A stretch of DNA of 64,000 nt from Candidatus Nomurabacteria bacterium (GTDB lineage Bacteria; Patescibacteriota; Minisyncoccia; Phycocordibacterales; SBAW01): NCBI GenBank assembly GCA_020854065.1, contig JADZGF010000003.1:96913-160912 (forward strand), in the 5' to 3' direction. Both the position numbers and the translations under genes were made by a program. A model generated the notes under the pieces. That model was not told the origin of the DNA, made no database searches, and saw only the letters and a program-made list of their open reading frames with translations. Positions 24,685-33,592 of this stretch are shown piece by piece. How positions within the stretch are numbered: position 1 is the stretch's first letter; each line of letters opens with the position of its first letter.

Positions 24685-26547
24685 ATGACTCCGAATCAGG
24701 TGCGGGAGAAATATCTCAAGTTTTTTGCTGAACGCGGGCATACCGTTATCCCTTCGGCGCCGCTTGTGCCAGAAAACGATCCAACCACTCTTTTCACCGG
24801 CTCAGGCATGCAGCCGCTCATCCCATATCTTCTTGGGAAGAATCATCCTGCAGGAAATCGACTCACTGATTCGCAAAAATCATTCCGTGCAATGGACATT
24901 GAAGAGGTTGGTGACAATCGCCATACAACCTTTTTTGAAATGTTGGGCAACTGGTCATTAGGTGACTATTTCAAGCAAGAACAACTTCCGTGGTTCTTTG
25001 AATTTCTTACAAAGGAAATCGGTCTCGATCCGAAGCGTTTGTATGTGAGCGTCTATGCAGGGGATGAAACAGCAGGAGTACCGCGCGATACAGAATCAGC
25101 TGAGGTGTGGAAGAAGCTTTTTAGTGACGCAGGAATTGATGCGAAAGACATTGAACTGATAACTGAAGAGAACGGAGCAGAGTTGGGTATGCAGGGTGGC
25201 CGCATCTTCTACTACCGCGATAAAAACTGGTGGAGTCGTGCCGGAGTACCCGAGAAAATGCCTGCAGGGGAACCAGGTGGTCCTGATTCCGAAGTCTTCT
25301 ATGAGTTTGAGCATATAGCGCACGATCCGAAGTTTGGTGCCCACTGCCATCCAAACTGTGATTGTGGTCGTTATCTCGAAATCGGTAACTCAGTATTTAT
25401 GGAGTTTATTAAAAATGCCGATGGGACCTTCGGCAAACTCCCGAAGCGTAACGTCGACTTTGGTGGCGGACTTGAGCGCATTGCTGCAGCAAGCCAAGGC
25501 AAAGATGATGTCTTTTTGGTAAACCACAGCTACCTCATCGAAGCGCTTGAGCAATCGACAGGCACTACGTATGCAGATCATATTCGCGCATATCGCGTTA
25601 TTGCTGACCATATAAAAGCTGCCGTCTTCCTTATCGGCGATGGTGTACTTCCTGGCAACAAAGACCAAGGTTATTTTGTACGCAGACTCTTGCGTCGCAG
25701 CATACTTGCGGCAAGCAAGCTTGGGACCATCTCTGTCGCATCTTTAGTTGGAGCAATTGTTGAGAACTATAAAGATCAATATCCAGAACTACACACAAAA
25801 AGCGCTGAGATTGAGTCTTCGATCCGCGATGAAGAAAATCGCTTCACCGCAACACTTGCCCGCGGCATGAAAGAACTCGAGCGCTATATCGGCAAAGGTT
25901 CACTTTCGGCTCAAGAGGCGTATGAACTGGTTACCACATACGGCTTTCCCCTCGAACTCATTCTTGAAGAGATCGGGGAGCGCGGTATTACGCAAATTGA
26001 TATTGAGGGCTTTAAAGAATTGTTGAAACAACACCAAGATCTCTCCCGTGCAGGAAGTGAGCAGAAGTTTAAAGGCGGTCTTGCAGATACCTCTGAGGCA
26101 ACCACGCGCCTCCATACCGCCCACCATCTTCTCCTTAAAGCACTTCAAGTCGTTCTGGGGCCCGAGGTACACCAGCGCGGTAGCAATATCACTCAGGAGC
26201 GTCTGCGCATCGACTTTAACTATGGGCAAAAGATGACCGATGAGCAGAAAAAGGAAGTCGAGCGGATTGTAAACGAAAAGATTCAAGAGAATCTTCCTGT
26301 CATTCGTACTGAAATGAGTAAAGACGAGGCAGAGAAGCTCGGTGCAGAACATGAGTTTGGTGCTAAATACCCAGATCGTGTTTCGGTGTACTCAGTTGGT
26401 CCACTTGAAAACGCATTTTCAATCGAGTTTTGTGGTGGTCCGCATGTTGAACAAACAAGCGAGCTAACCAAAGCAGGTACTTTTAAGATTCTTAAAGAAG
26501 AAGCAGTGGCGCAGGGTATCCGCCGCATTCGCGCAGTGCTGCAATAA
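24685..26547 (+). CDS. alaS: alanine--tRNA ligase (short form: catalytic plus editing domains, no C-Ala domain)
   Basis: N-terminus FFAERGHTVIPSAPLVPENDPTTLFTGSGM (class II AlaRS). Editing-domain HTAHHLL and CGGPHV motifs. 620 aa versus about 870 aa typical. Confidence 0.85.
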   Translation: MTPNQVREKYLKFFAERGHTVIPSAPLVPENDPTTLFTGSGMQPLIPYLLGKNHPAGNRLTDSQKSFRAMDIEEVGDNRHTTFFEMLGNWSLGDYFKQEQLPWFFEFLTKEIGLDPKRLYVSVYAGDETAGVPRDTESAEVWKKLFSDAGIDAKDIELITEENGAELGMQGGRIFYYRDKNWWSRAGVPEKMPAGEPGGPDSEVFYEFEHIAHDPKFGAHCHPNCDCGRYLEIGNSVFMEFIKNADGTFGKLPKRNVDFGGGLERIAAASQGKDDVFLVNHSYLIEALEQSTGTTYADHIRAYRVIADHIKAAVFLIGDGVLPGNKDQGYFVRRLLRRSILAASKLGTISVASLVGAIVENYKDQYPELHTKSAEIESSIRDEENRFTATLARGMKELERYIGKGSLSAQEAYELVTTYGFPLELILEEIGERGITQIDIEGFKELLKQHQDLSRAGSEQKFKGGLADTSEATTRLHTAHHLLLKALQVVLGPEVHQRGSNITQERLRIDFNYGQKMTDEQKKEVERIVNEKIQENLPVIRTEMSKDEAEKLGAEHEFGAKYPDRVSVYSVGPLENAFSIEFCGGPHVEQTSELTKAGTFKILKEEAVAQGIRRIRAVLQ

Positions 26548-26576
26548 GAGGCTTTTTAGTGCGCTATACTTTTCGT

Positions 26577-27527
26577 ATGGCACTGTTTGGCTCAAAAAAG
26601 CCCACGCCTAAGACTTTTGTCGTACTTGATATCGAGACCGGCTCGGTTGGTGGGGTATTAGTGCACCGCACTCCCGGAGAAGCTCCTCGATTATTTGGAG
26701 AAACGCGCGTTGATCTTGCGATTGGTACCACTCGCGATGCGCATACACTGCGTGAACGAGCTGCGCATGCGCTTGAGCGTGTAGCTCAATCACTTTCGCA
26801 TGTTGCTGCCCGTGTTCGCGGCAACGAAGCGACTGCGCATATGGGGAATGCTTCCCATGCAGTTGCATTTCTTGCAGCACCTTGGGGTACTCCTAATCTC
26901 GAGTCAGGTGCTCCTCAATTTTCAGCCGATATGGTGGGGAGCGTACAATCTGCACTGGCAAGCACCTTTGCCGTACCGCTCTCAGTCCATGCACGTGCTT
27001 CCGCGACACTCCATGGCGCACGGCTCCTTTTTCCGTATGAAGAGAATTACATCATTGGTATGCCGCATGGCGAGGTGTCCGAAGTGCTTGAGATAGTGGG
27101 AGGCAATGCACGCAGTCATGGCACACTTCCGGTGGGACGAAATACTATGGTTCGTACCTTTATGAGCCATGGCGGGCTGCACGAAAATGAGGGACGCTCC
27201 GCACTTAAAGCACTTTCGCTCGGACATGTACCGGCACATCTCAGTGAACCTGTTCGTCATACCTATGAGCATGTGGCGACACATTTTAATGATCTTGCGA
27301 CTTCTCATGGATGGCATGAACATGGTCGGGTATATTCTTTTGCCCATGATGGTGATTGGTTTGCGCGTGCACTTGCACACAGTTCTGCTGCAAAGAAATT
27401 CCCTGATGGAGCAGTGGTGACTGCAATTCGTGCAGAACACTTCTCTCCCTACGTTGCAGGCCATGCACAGGTACCCGATTTAGGGTTGATGCTTGGGGGT
27501 CTCTTTGTTGATAGCCATTATCGATAA
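26577..27527 (+). CDS. His-rich hypothetical protein, possibly actin-like ATPase fold (FtsA/PilM-like N-terminus)
   Basis: FVVLDIETGSVGGVLV resembles the phosphate-1 motif of the actin/Hsp70 fold. The rest is divergent with many His. Track start GTG 26559; first ATG used. Confidence 0.35.
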   Translation: MALFGSKKPTPKTFVVLDIETGSVGGVLVHRTPGEAPRLFGETRVDLAIGTTRDAHTLRERAAHALERVAQSLSHVAARVRGNEATAHMGNASHAVAFLAAPWGTPNLESGAPQFSADMVGSVQSALASTFAVPLSVHARASATLHGARLLFPYEENYIIGMPHGEVSEVLEIVGGNARSHGTLPVGRNTMVRTFMSHGGLHENEGRSALKALSLGHVPAHLSEPVRHTYEHVATHFNDLATSHGWHEHGRVYSFAHDGDWFARALAHSSAAKKFPDGAVVTAIRAEHFSPYVAGHAQVPDLGLMLGGLFVDSHYR

Positions 27528-27544
27528 GTGATAGACTAGATTTT

Positions 27545-28804
27545 ATGCGAGATATTAACCCCGGATACGGTGGGGCACCTGAGCACCGCTCTATCCGCAA
27601 TGTTCAGGTAGGGGGACGCCGTACACACCAGGAGCACGAGGAACACCACGTACCCCAGAGTCGGCCTCCACGTCGCCGGGGAAGAGGGCGTTTTTGGCTT
27701 ATTGCCACCGGAGTGGTTATCCTCTGTGCAATAGCGGGCGTATTACTCTCAACTACCTTTGCGGGAGCAACAGTCACCGTGCATCCTCGCCAAGTGGTGG
27801 TTCAAGCTCCTCGTTCGATTGAGGCAAAACTCACGGCCGCGGTGGGTGAGTTGGAATATCGCACCATCTCTTCAACACGTGAAGCAAGTCTGACCGTTGA
27901 TGCGGAAGGAACAAAGCAGGTAAGTCGCCAAGCATCCGGTCCGGTTACTATTTCAAATACTTTTTCTGCTGAGCCACAACGACTCATTGCAAACACTCGC
28001 TTTGAAGCGCCTGACGGCAAGATTTATCGCATCCGCGACTCCGTAACGGTTCCCGGCATGGTGGGAAGTAAAGCAGGGACAATCGTTTCAGTGGTATACG
28101 CTGATTCTCCCGGTGCAAGCTACAACAAAACGGGCGCTATCGGCTTTACCGTCCCTGGGTTTAAAAACGACCCTCGATTTGAGGGCATCACCGCACAATC
28201 CCAAGGCCCTATTTCTGGTGGTTTTGTAGGGGAAGAGCCTGCAGTATCAGACGAAGACCTTGCTGAGGCAAAAACACGCCTCACTGAGCAACTCGAAACC
28301 GAGGCAACCGCCGCACTCAATCAGTCGATCCCGGAAGGATACGGACTTCTTCCTGGAACGGTGAAAGTAACGTATTCGGAGATTGCACAAGTCGCAGAGG
28401 GAGATAGTCGTGCAAAACTCACACAGAGTGCAACCGCACAAGGCGCAATCGTACAAGGTAGTGCTATGGGTACCGCTATCGCACGACTCCAGGTGCAAGG
28501 ATATAAAGGTGAGGCAGTCGCACTTATTCCAGACAATCTCACCGTCTCCGCTTCTTCAACTGAGGAGGGAATTATCGAAATCTCCATGCAGGGCGAAGCA
28601 GGACTGGTGTGGCAGTTTGATCCGATAGCAGTGCAGCAGGCCTTGCTTGGTAAATCGAAGAAAGACTTCCAAGACATCGTAGGATCATTTGCGCCAGCAA
28701 TTGAGTGTACTGATGCACGTCCGTGCGATGCGCGACTACGTCCATTCTGGTCAGGAAACTTTCCTTCCAATCCCGATAAAATCGAGGTTGTTATAGGAAA
28801 TTAG
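27545..28804 (+). CDS. membrane-anchored hypothetical protein (Arg-rich cytoplasmic N-terminus, single TM, large extracytoplasmic domain)
   Basis: RRRGRGRFWLIATGVVILCAIAGVLL then a roughly 340-aa probable beta-rich domain. Confidence 0.45.
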   Translation: MRDINPGYGGAPEHRSIRNVQVGGRRTHQEHEEHHVPQSRPPRRRGRGRFWLIATGVVILCAIAGVLLSTTFAGATVTVHPRQVVVQAPRSIEAKLTAAVGELEYRTISSTREASLTVDAEGTKQVSRQASGPVTISNTFSAEPQRLIANTRFEAPDGKIYRIRDSVTVPGMVGSKAGTIVSVVYADSPGASYNKTGAIGFTVPGFKNDPRFEGITAQSQGPISGGFVGEEPAVSDEDLAEAKTRLTEQLETEATAALNQSIPEGYGLLPGTVKVTYSEIAQVAEGDSRAKLTQSATAQGAIVQGSAMGTAIARLQVQGYKGEAVALIPDNLTVSASSTEEGIIEISMQGEAGLVWQFDPIAVQQALLGKSKKDFQDIVGSFAPAIECTDARPCDARLRPFWSGNFPSNPDKIEVVIGN

Positions 28805-28903
28805 AAATGTACTTTTGTCAAATTTTGGGGGAAGGGAAAACCGCCAAAAACATCTGACTTTACAGGCATAAACAGATAGGGTAGGATAAGGAACGTCGCC
28901 TAA

Positions 28904-29116
28904 ATGGAGGACAAGCAACCTGAAATACAGGGCCTTGTAGAAGAGGCCTTGCCTAATACCTTGTTCCGCGTAACCGTCGAAGGTGCCGAGGAACCGATAT
29001 TGGCATATCTTGCGGGTAAGATGCGATTACATCGCATTAAAGTACTCGTCGGGGATAAGGTGTTGCTTAAACTCGATCCATATGGCGGCAAAGCACGTAT
29101 CACACGGAGACTCTAG
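28904..29116 (+). CDS. infA: translation initiation factor IF-1
   Basis: [20 protein letters not shown]...[13 protein letters not shown] (S1-like OB fold). Confidence 0.85.
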   Translation: MEDKQPEIQGLVEEALPNTLFRVTVEGAEEPILAYLAGKMRLHRIKVLVGDKVLLKLDPYGGKARITRRL

Positions 29117-29117
29117 T

Positions 29118-29231
29118 ATGAAAATTAAGGCATCGATCAAAACCCGTTGCGCCAACTGCAAAATGCTCCGCCGCAAAGGACGGATCTATGTCATCTGCAG
29201 CAATCCGCGTCATAAGCAGCGCCAAGGCTAA
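29118..29231 (+). CDS. rpmJ: 50S ribosomal protein L36
   Basis: [37 protein letters not shown] (37 aa). Lies within track ORF 28983..29231. Confidence 0.85.
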   Translation: MKIKASIKTRCANCKMLRRKGRIYVICSNPRHKQRQG

Positions 29232-29242
29232 TCAAAACACTC

Positions 29243-29620
29243 ATGCGTATCTCAGGTATCACCATTCCTAATAAACAAGTACCCTACGCGCTCACGGCGC
29301 TTTATGGTATCGGTGTATCACGTGCAAAATCGATTGTTACGCAGGCAAAAGTAGATCCTTCGAAGCGTGCTGATGATCTTTCGGCAGACGAAGAGGCAGC
29401 ACTCCGCAAAATCATTGAGACTCTTAAACTTGAAGGCGACCTTAAACGTGAGGTTGCAGGAAACATTAAGCGCCTCAAAGATATCGGCAGCTACCGTGGC
29501 ACCCGCCACAACAAGCACATGCCGGTTCGCGGTCAGCGCACCAAGACGAACTCCCGCACGGTCCGTGGCAACGTCCGCAAGACCATGGGTAGCGGTCGCC
29601 GTAAGGAAAGCAAGACATAA
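29243..29620 (+). CDS. rpsM: 30S ribosomal protein S13
   Basis: MRISGITIPNKQVPYALTALYGIG. Confidence 0.95.
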   Translation: MRISGITIPNKQVPYALTALYGIGVSRAKSIVTQAKVDPSKRADDLSADEEAALRKIIETLKLEGDLKREVAGNIKRLKDIGSYRGTRHNKHMPVRGQRTKTNSRTVRGNVRKTMGSGRRKESKT

Positions 29621-29625
29621 TTAAT

Positions 29626-30054
29626 ATGGGTAAGAAACGTATAGTTAAAAAAGGAGGTGAGTCTGGCGCTACAGGTGCTGCATCTTCGTCGCGCTCGGGT
29701 AAGCGCAAGATGGACACTGGTGTCCTTTATGTCGAGGCAACCTACAACAACACCAAAGTATCCCTTACGGATGATCGCGGTGGTGTCGTTACCTGGAGCT
29801 CTTCTGGTTCCTTGGGCTTTGCAGGGGCAAAAAAGGGTACACCCTTTGCTGCTGCCAAAGTAGGGGAGCTTATCGGTGAGCGCGCAGCAGGTATGGGCGT
29901 GAAGGAAGTTTCGGTCGTGGTATCCGGTGTAGGCGCAGGACGCGAGTCGTCAATCCGCGCATTTGCAACCAAAGGTATTCATATTAATTCGATCAAAGAC
30001 ACGACTCCGGTACCGCACAACGGTCCTCGTGCTCCAAAAGCGCGCCGCGTATAA
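29626..30054 (+). CDS. rpsK: 30S ribosomal protein S11
   Basis: GVLYVEATYNNTKVSLTDDRGGVVTWSSSG. Confidence 0.95.
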   Translation: MGKKRIVKKGGESGATGAASSSRSGKRKMDTGVLYVEATYNNTKVSLTDDRGGVVTWSSSGSLGFAGAKKGTPFAAAKVGELIGERAAGMGVKEVSVVVSGVGAGRESSIRAFATKGIHINSIKDTTPVPHNGPRAPKARRV

Positions 30055-30063
30055 AATATATTT

Positions 30064-30669
30064 ATGTTAGTCGGACCAAAATACAAAATTTGTAAGCGCC
30101 TTGGCTCCTCAGTCTTTGAGAAGTGCCAGACGCAGAAGTTCCAGCTTGCCGAGGCACGTGCCCCGCGCAAGACTCGTGGTCGCGGTCGTGGTTCCGACTT
30201 CGGCGCACAACTCCTTGAGAAGCAGAAAGCTCGCTTTACGTACGGTCTTACCGAAACACAGTTCAGCCGCTACGCACACGAGGCAATGGAGAAGAAGGGT
30301 GCAAGCACGACTGGTCTTCTTGCACGCCTTGAAGGTCGCCTTGATAACGTCGTATACCGTGCTGGCTTCACCAAAACCCGCCGCGCCGCACGCCAACTTG
30401 TCTCTCATGGTCACGTGATGGTGAATGGTCGCCGCTCTATGGTGCCATCGCATCAGGTGGATGAGGGTGATGTAGTGTCTATTCGCCCTGAGTCTCGTGG
30501 TTCTGCGCTCTTTGCAAACCGCGCCGAAGCAGTGGCTGAGTCGAAGACACCTGCATGGATTGCTCTTGAAGATCAAGGTTTTGCTGCAAAGATTGCAGAG
30601 AAGCCTATGGTTGAAGAGACATCGGCGCCGTTTAATGCGGCAACGGTGATTCAGTTCTATAGCCGTTAA
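30064..30669 (+). CDS. rpsD: 30S ribosomal protein S4
   Basis: GPKYKICKRLG...SRYAHEAMEK...SHGHVMVNGRR (S4 domain). Confidence 0.95.
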   Translation: MLVGPKYKICKRLGSSVFEKCQTQKFQLAEARAPRKTRGRGRGSDFGAQLLEKQKARFTYGLTETQFSRYAHEAMEKKGASTTGLLARLEGRLDNVVYRAGFTKTRRAARQLVSHGHVMVNGRRSMVPSHQVDEGDVVSIRPESRGSALFANRAEAVAESKTPAWIALEDQGFAAKIAEKPMVEETSAPFNAATVIQFYSR

Positions 30670-30704
30670 TATTATTAGTGCGTTCCTAACGATTGAGTTG
30701 CGAT

Positions 30705-31655
30705 ATGATGGAATATTCTATAACACTCCCTTCGAAGCCACGTGTGGTTTCTGAGTCGGAGACCGAGGGCATTTACGAAATAGATGGGCTCTACCCAGGC
30801 TACGGTCACACGCTTGGAAACAGCCTCCGCCGCATTATCCTTTCCTCTCTCCCTGGTGCGGCTATCACCTCCGTTAAAATCGACGGGGTTGAGCATGAAT
30901 TTTCAACTATGGCAGGTGTCCGTGAGGATATCGTCACTCTCTTGCTTAACCTTAAGAAATTGCGCTTTGAGGTACTTTCCGGCGAAGCACAGAAGGTAAC
31001 ATTGAATGCAAAGGGTCCAAAGAAAGTAACGGGTGCAGACCTTGTCGTTCCTGGCCAGGTTCGTCTCCTTACCCCAAACAGCTACCTCTGCGAGCTTACT
31101 GACAAGACTTCACTTGATATTGAGTGCACCGTTGAGCGGGGCTTAGGCTACGTACCACGTGACCTCCTTAAGAAGGAGCGCGTTGAGATCGGCGAGATTT
31201 CTCTTGATGCAGCATTCAGCCCAATCCGCCGTGCAAACTACGAGGTAGAGAACATGCGCGTTGGTGACCGTACTGACTTCAATCGTCTCCGCATCATGCT
31301 TGAGACTGACGGCACCCTTTCTCCTCGTGCAGCACTTGAGCAGTCGCTCGAGATCATGATCACCCAGCTTAAATCCATTGTCGGCTTCCGCGAGGAGACC
31401 CTTGAGCAGTCACAAGCTCCTGTTGCCGAGTCTATGGCACCTGCAGTTGATAGCTCTGAGGCTCTCAAGACTCGTATCGAGGACTTGGAGCTTGGAAGTC
31501 GCACTGTAGCTGCTTTGGAAAAGGCCAACATTCGCACGGTAGGGGGTCTTGCACGCAAGAAAGAGCAAGATCTTATGGAGATTGAGGGTCTTGGTCCTAA
31601 ATCGATCCAGGAGATCAAGCGGGCTTTGGCAAACTTCGGAATTGTGCTTAAGTAA
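30705..31655 (+). CDS. rpoA: DNA-directed RNA polymerase subunit alpha
   Basis: GHTLGNSLRRIILSSLPG and C-terminal alphaCTD. Track start TTG 30693 trimmed to ATG 30705. Confidence 0.9.
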   Translation: MMEYSITLPSKPRVVSESETEGIYEIDGLYPGYGHTLGNSLRRIILSSLPGAAITSVKIDGVEHEFSTMAGVREDIVTLLLNLKKLRFEVLSGEAQKVTLNAKGPKKVTGADLVVPGQVRLLTPNSYLCELTDKTSLDIECTVERGLGYVPRDLLKKERVEIGEISLDAAFSPIRRANYEVENMRVGDRTDFNRLRIMLETDGTLSPRAALEQSLEIMITQLKSIVGFREETLEQSQAPVAESMAPAVDSSEALKTRIEDLELGSRTVAALEKANIRTVGGLARKKEQDLMEIEGLGPKSIQEIKRALANFGIVLK

Positions 31656-31661
31656 ACCACC

Positions 31662-32009
31662 ATGCGTCACGGAAATGTAAATCGTAAATTTGGGCGGGAG
31701 CGGGGACAGCGGAAAGCGATGCTTTCTTCGCTTGCCCGAAACCTCATCATTAAGGGTCGTATTAAGACGACCGAGGCCCGCGCAAAGGAGATTCGCCCAC
31801 TCGTAGAAAAGATGGTCACCAAGGGCAAATCTGCAACGCTTGCAAGCCGCCGTGCCCTTATCTCTTCGCTTCATGATGAGCGCGTGGTCCGGAAGCTCAT
31901 CAAGACTGCAGAGAACTATACTGAACGCTCAGGTGGATACCTTCGCATCGTAAAGATGGGACCACGTAAGGGTGATGCTGCACCGATGGCTATCATTGAA
32001 TTTGTATAA
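31662..32009 (+). CDS. rplQ: 50S ribosomal protein L17
   Basis: MRHGNVNRKFGRERGQRKAMLSSLA. Confidence 0.9.
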   Translation: MRHGNVNRKFGRERGQRKAMLSSLARNLIIKGRIKTTEARAKEIRPLVEKMVTKGKSATLASRRALISSLHDERVVRKLIKTAENYTERSGGYLRIVKMGPRKGDAAPMAIIEFV

Positions 32010-32013
32010 CCGT

Positions 32014-32355
32014 ATGACTACTATTGACGCACAAGACAAAACGCTCGGCCGTGTCGCATCTGCGGCAGCAAAGGCATTGCTCAATAAGCACTCCGTTGAT
32101 TTCGCTAAGAATGTCGTACGCACTGATGGTGTAGAGGTTATTAATGCCTCGAAGGTACGCATCTCGGGTGATAAAGCACGCGACAAGGAGTATGTCCGTT
32201 ACTCAGGCTACCCAGGTGGCCAGAAGATCCAGTCATACCAAATGTTGGTTGACCGTAAGGGTCACAAAGAGGCAATCCGTAAAGCAATCTTGGGAATGCT
32301 TCCAAAAAACAAGCTCCAGGCACTCCGGATAAAACTCCTTACCATTAAAGACTAA
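32014..32355 (+). CDS. rplM: 50S ribosomal protein L13
   Basis: MTTIDAQDKTLGRVAS... Trimmed from track ORF 31972 (which overlaps the L17 end). Confidence 0.9.
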   Translation: MTTIDAQDKTLGRVASAAAKALLNKHSVDFAKNVVRTDGVEVINASKVRISGDKARDKEYVRYSGYPGGQKIQSYQMLVDRKGHKEAIRKAILGMLPKNKLQALRIKLLTIKD

Positions 32356-32359
32356 TTGT

Positions 32360-32767
32360 ATGGCTACCAAGAAAAACAGCGGATATATCGAAACGGTTGG
32401 ACGTCGCAAGACCGCTATTGCCCGCGCACGTCTTGTCCCTGCACCTCGCACGGGTGTGTTGGTGAACAACAAGGATGTGAACGCCTATTTCCCAACCGAC
32501 ACTCTTCGCACGACTGCTCTTGAGCCGTTTCTTAAGATTACGCTCCCTGGCCAATTTGAGGTCACCATACGCGTTACCGGTGGTGGTATTGCCGGGCAAG
32601 CTGTCGCCGTACGTCATGCAATTTCACGCGCACTCATTGAGCATGACATTTCACTGCGTGGTGCACTTAAATCCGCAGGCTACCTCAAGCGTGACCCACG
32701 TGCCAAAGAGCGCCGCAAGCCAGGACTCCTAAAGGCTCGCAAGCGCAAGCAGTGGAGCAAGCGCTAA
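32360..32767 (+). CDS. rpsI: 30S ribosomal protein S9
   Basis: ETVGRRKTAIARARLVPA...KRDPRAKERRKPG. Confidence 0.95.
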   Translation: MATKKNSGYIETVGRRKTAIARARLVPAPRTGVLVNNKDVNAYFPTDTLRTTALEPFLKITLPGQFEVTIRVTGGGIAGQAVAVRHAISRALIEHDISLRGALKSAGYLKRDPRAKERRKPGLLKARKRKQWSKR

Positions 32768-32782
32768 GCGCACTACACCACA

Positions 32783-32812
32783 AAAGCCCCCACTCGGGGG
32801 TTTTTTGTTTTT
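32783..32812 (+). terminator. rho-independent terminator ending the ribosomal operon
   Basis: AAAAGCCCCCACTCGGGGGTTTTTTGTTTTT. Confidence 0.8.
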
Positions 32813-32826
32813 GATAAGATACGGGT

Positions 32827-33090
32827 ATGCATCCCTTAGTGCCCGCGCTTGCTAATTTTTTTGTCCACGGGCTTGGCTACCTCCTTATCCGCAAACGTAT
32901 GGTATTTGGGGTAATGGTGTTAGTCGCTTCTGTGCTTGGATGGGCATGGAGTATCCGTCATCCACTCCCTGATACTTTTTTTGCAGGGGAATCACTCTTT
33001 TTGTGTGTCGCAGTCTATTTGCTTATGTCGCTGGCGTTTGCATACGATGCCTATACGGAGGCAAAAAAATTGACTAATCTCCATTTTTGA
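32827..33090 (+). CDS. small membrane protein (hypothetical, about 3 TM)
   Basis: Hydrophobic 87-aa ORF immediately upstream of and overlapping the grpE start. Confidence 0.35.
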   Translation: MHPLVPALANFFVHGLGYLLIRKRMVFGVMVLVASVLGWAWSIRHPLPDTFFAGESLFLCVAVYLLMSLAFAYDAYTEAKKLTNLHF

Positions 33091-33587
33091 TTACAATACT
33101 TCGACGTATGGAGACTTCAGATGACGAATTTGTCTCCGAAGAGGAGGCAGAAGAGGGTCCTGCGCTTATCAAGCGTCTGCGGGAGCGGCTCAAAAAAGCA
33201 GTTGGAGAGAAACAAGAGTATCTCGAAGGATGGCAACGTGCCCGAGCAGACTTTGCGAACTATAAAAAAGAGGAGGCGACAATGCATACCGATCGCGAAG
33301 CTCGTATCAAGGCACAAGTCATAGAAGATCTCTTGCCTGCACTCGATGCACTTGAACTTTCCCTTAAACACGAGGACACTCCTGCACTTCGGATGATTGA
33401 AAAGCAGTTTTTAGACGCCTTAAAGAGGATGGGGGTAGAGCGGTTTGGGGCGGTGGGCGAAGAGTTTGATCCCGCGATACACGAAGCATTAGCAAAGAAT
33501 GGAGAGGACCACACGATAACTGAAATTGCACGGTCCGGATACAAAATAGATGAAACCATTATTAGAGCAGCGCAGGTAATCCTATAA
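33087..33587 (+). CDS. grpE: nucleotide exchange factor GrpE
   Basis: [11 protein letters not shown]...[17 protein letters not shown] and C-terminal beta-domain. Sits upstream of dnaK. Confidence 0.8.
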   Translation: MITILRRMETSDDEFVSEEEAEEGPALIKRLRERLKKAVGEKQEYLEGWQRARADFANYKKEEATMHTDREARIKAQVIEDLLPALDALELSLKHEDTPALRMIEKQFLDALKRMGVERFGAVGEEFDPAIHEALAKNGEDHTITEIARSGYKIDETIIRAAQVIL

Positions 33588-33592
33588 ACGAT

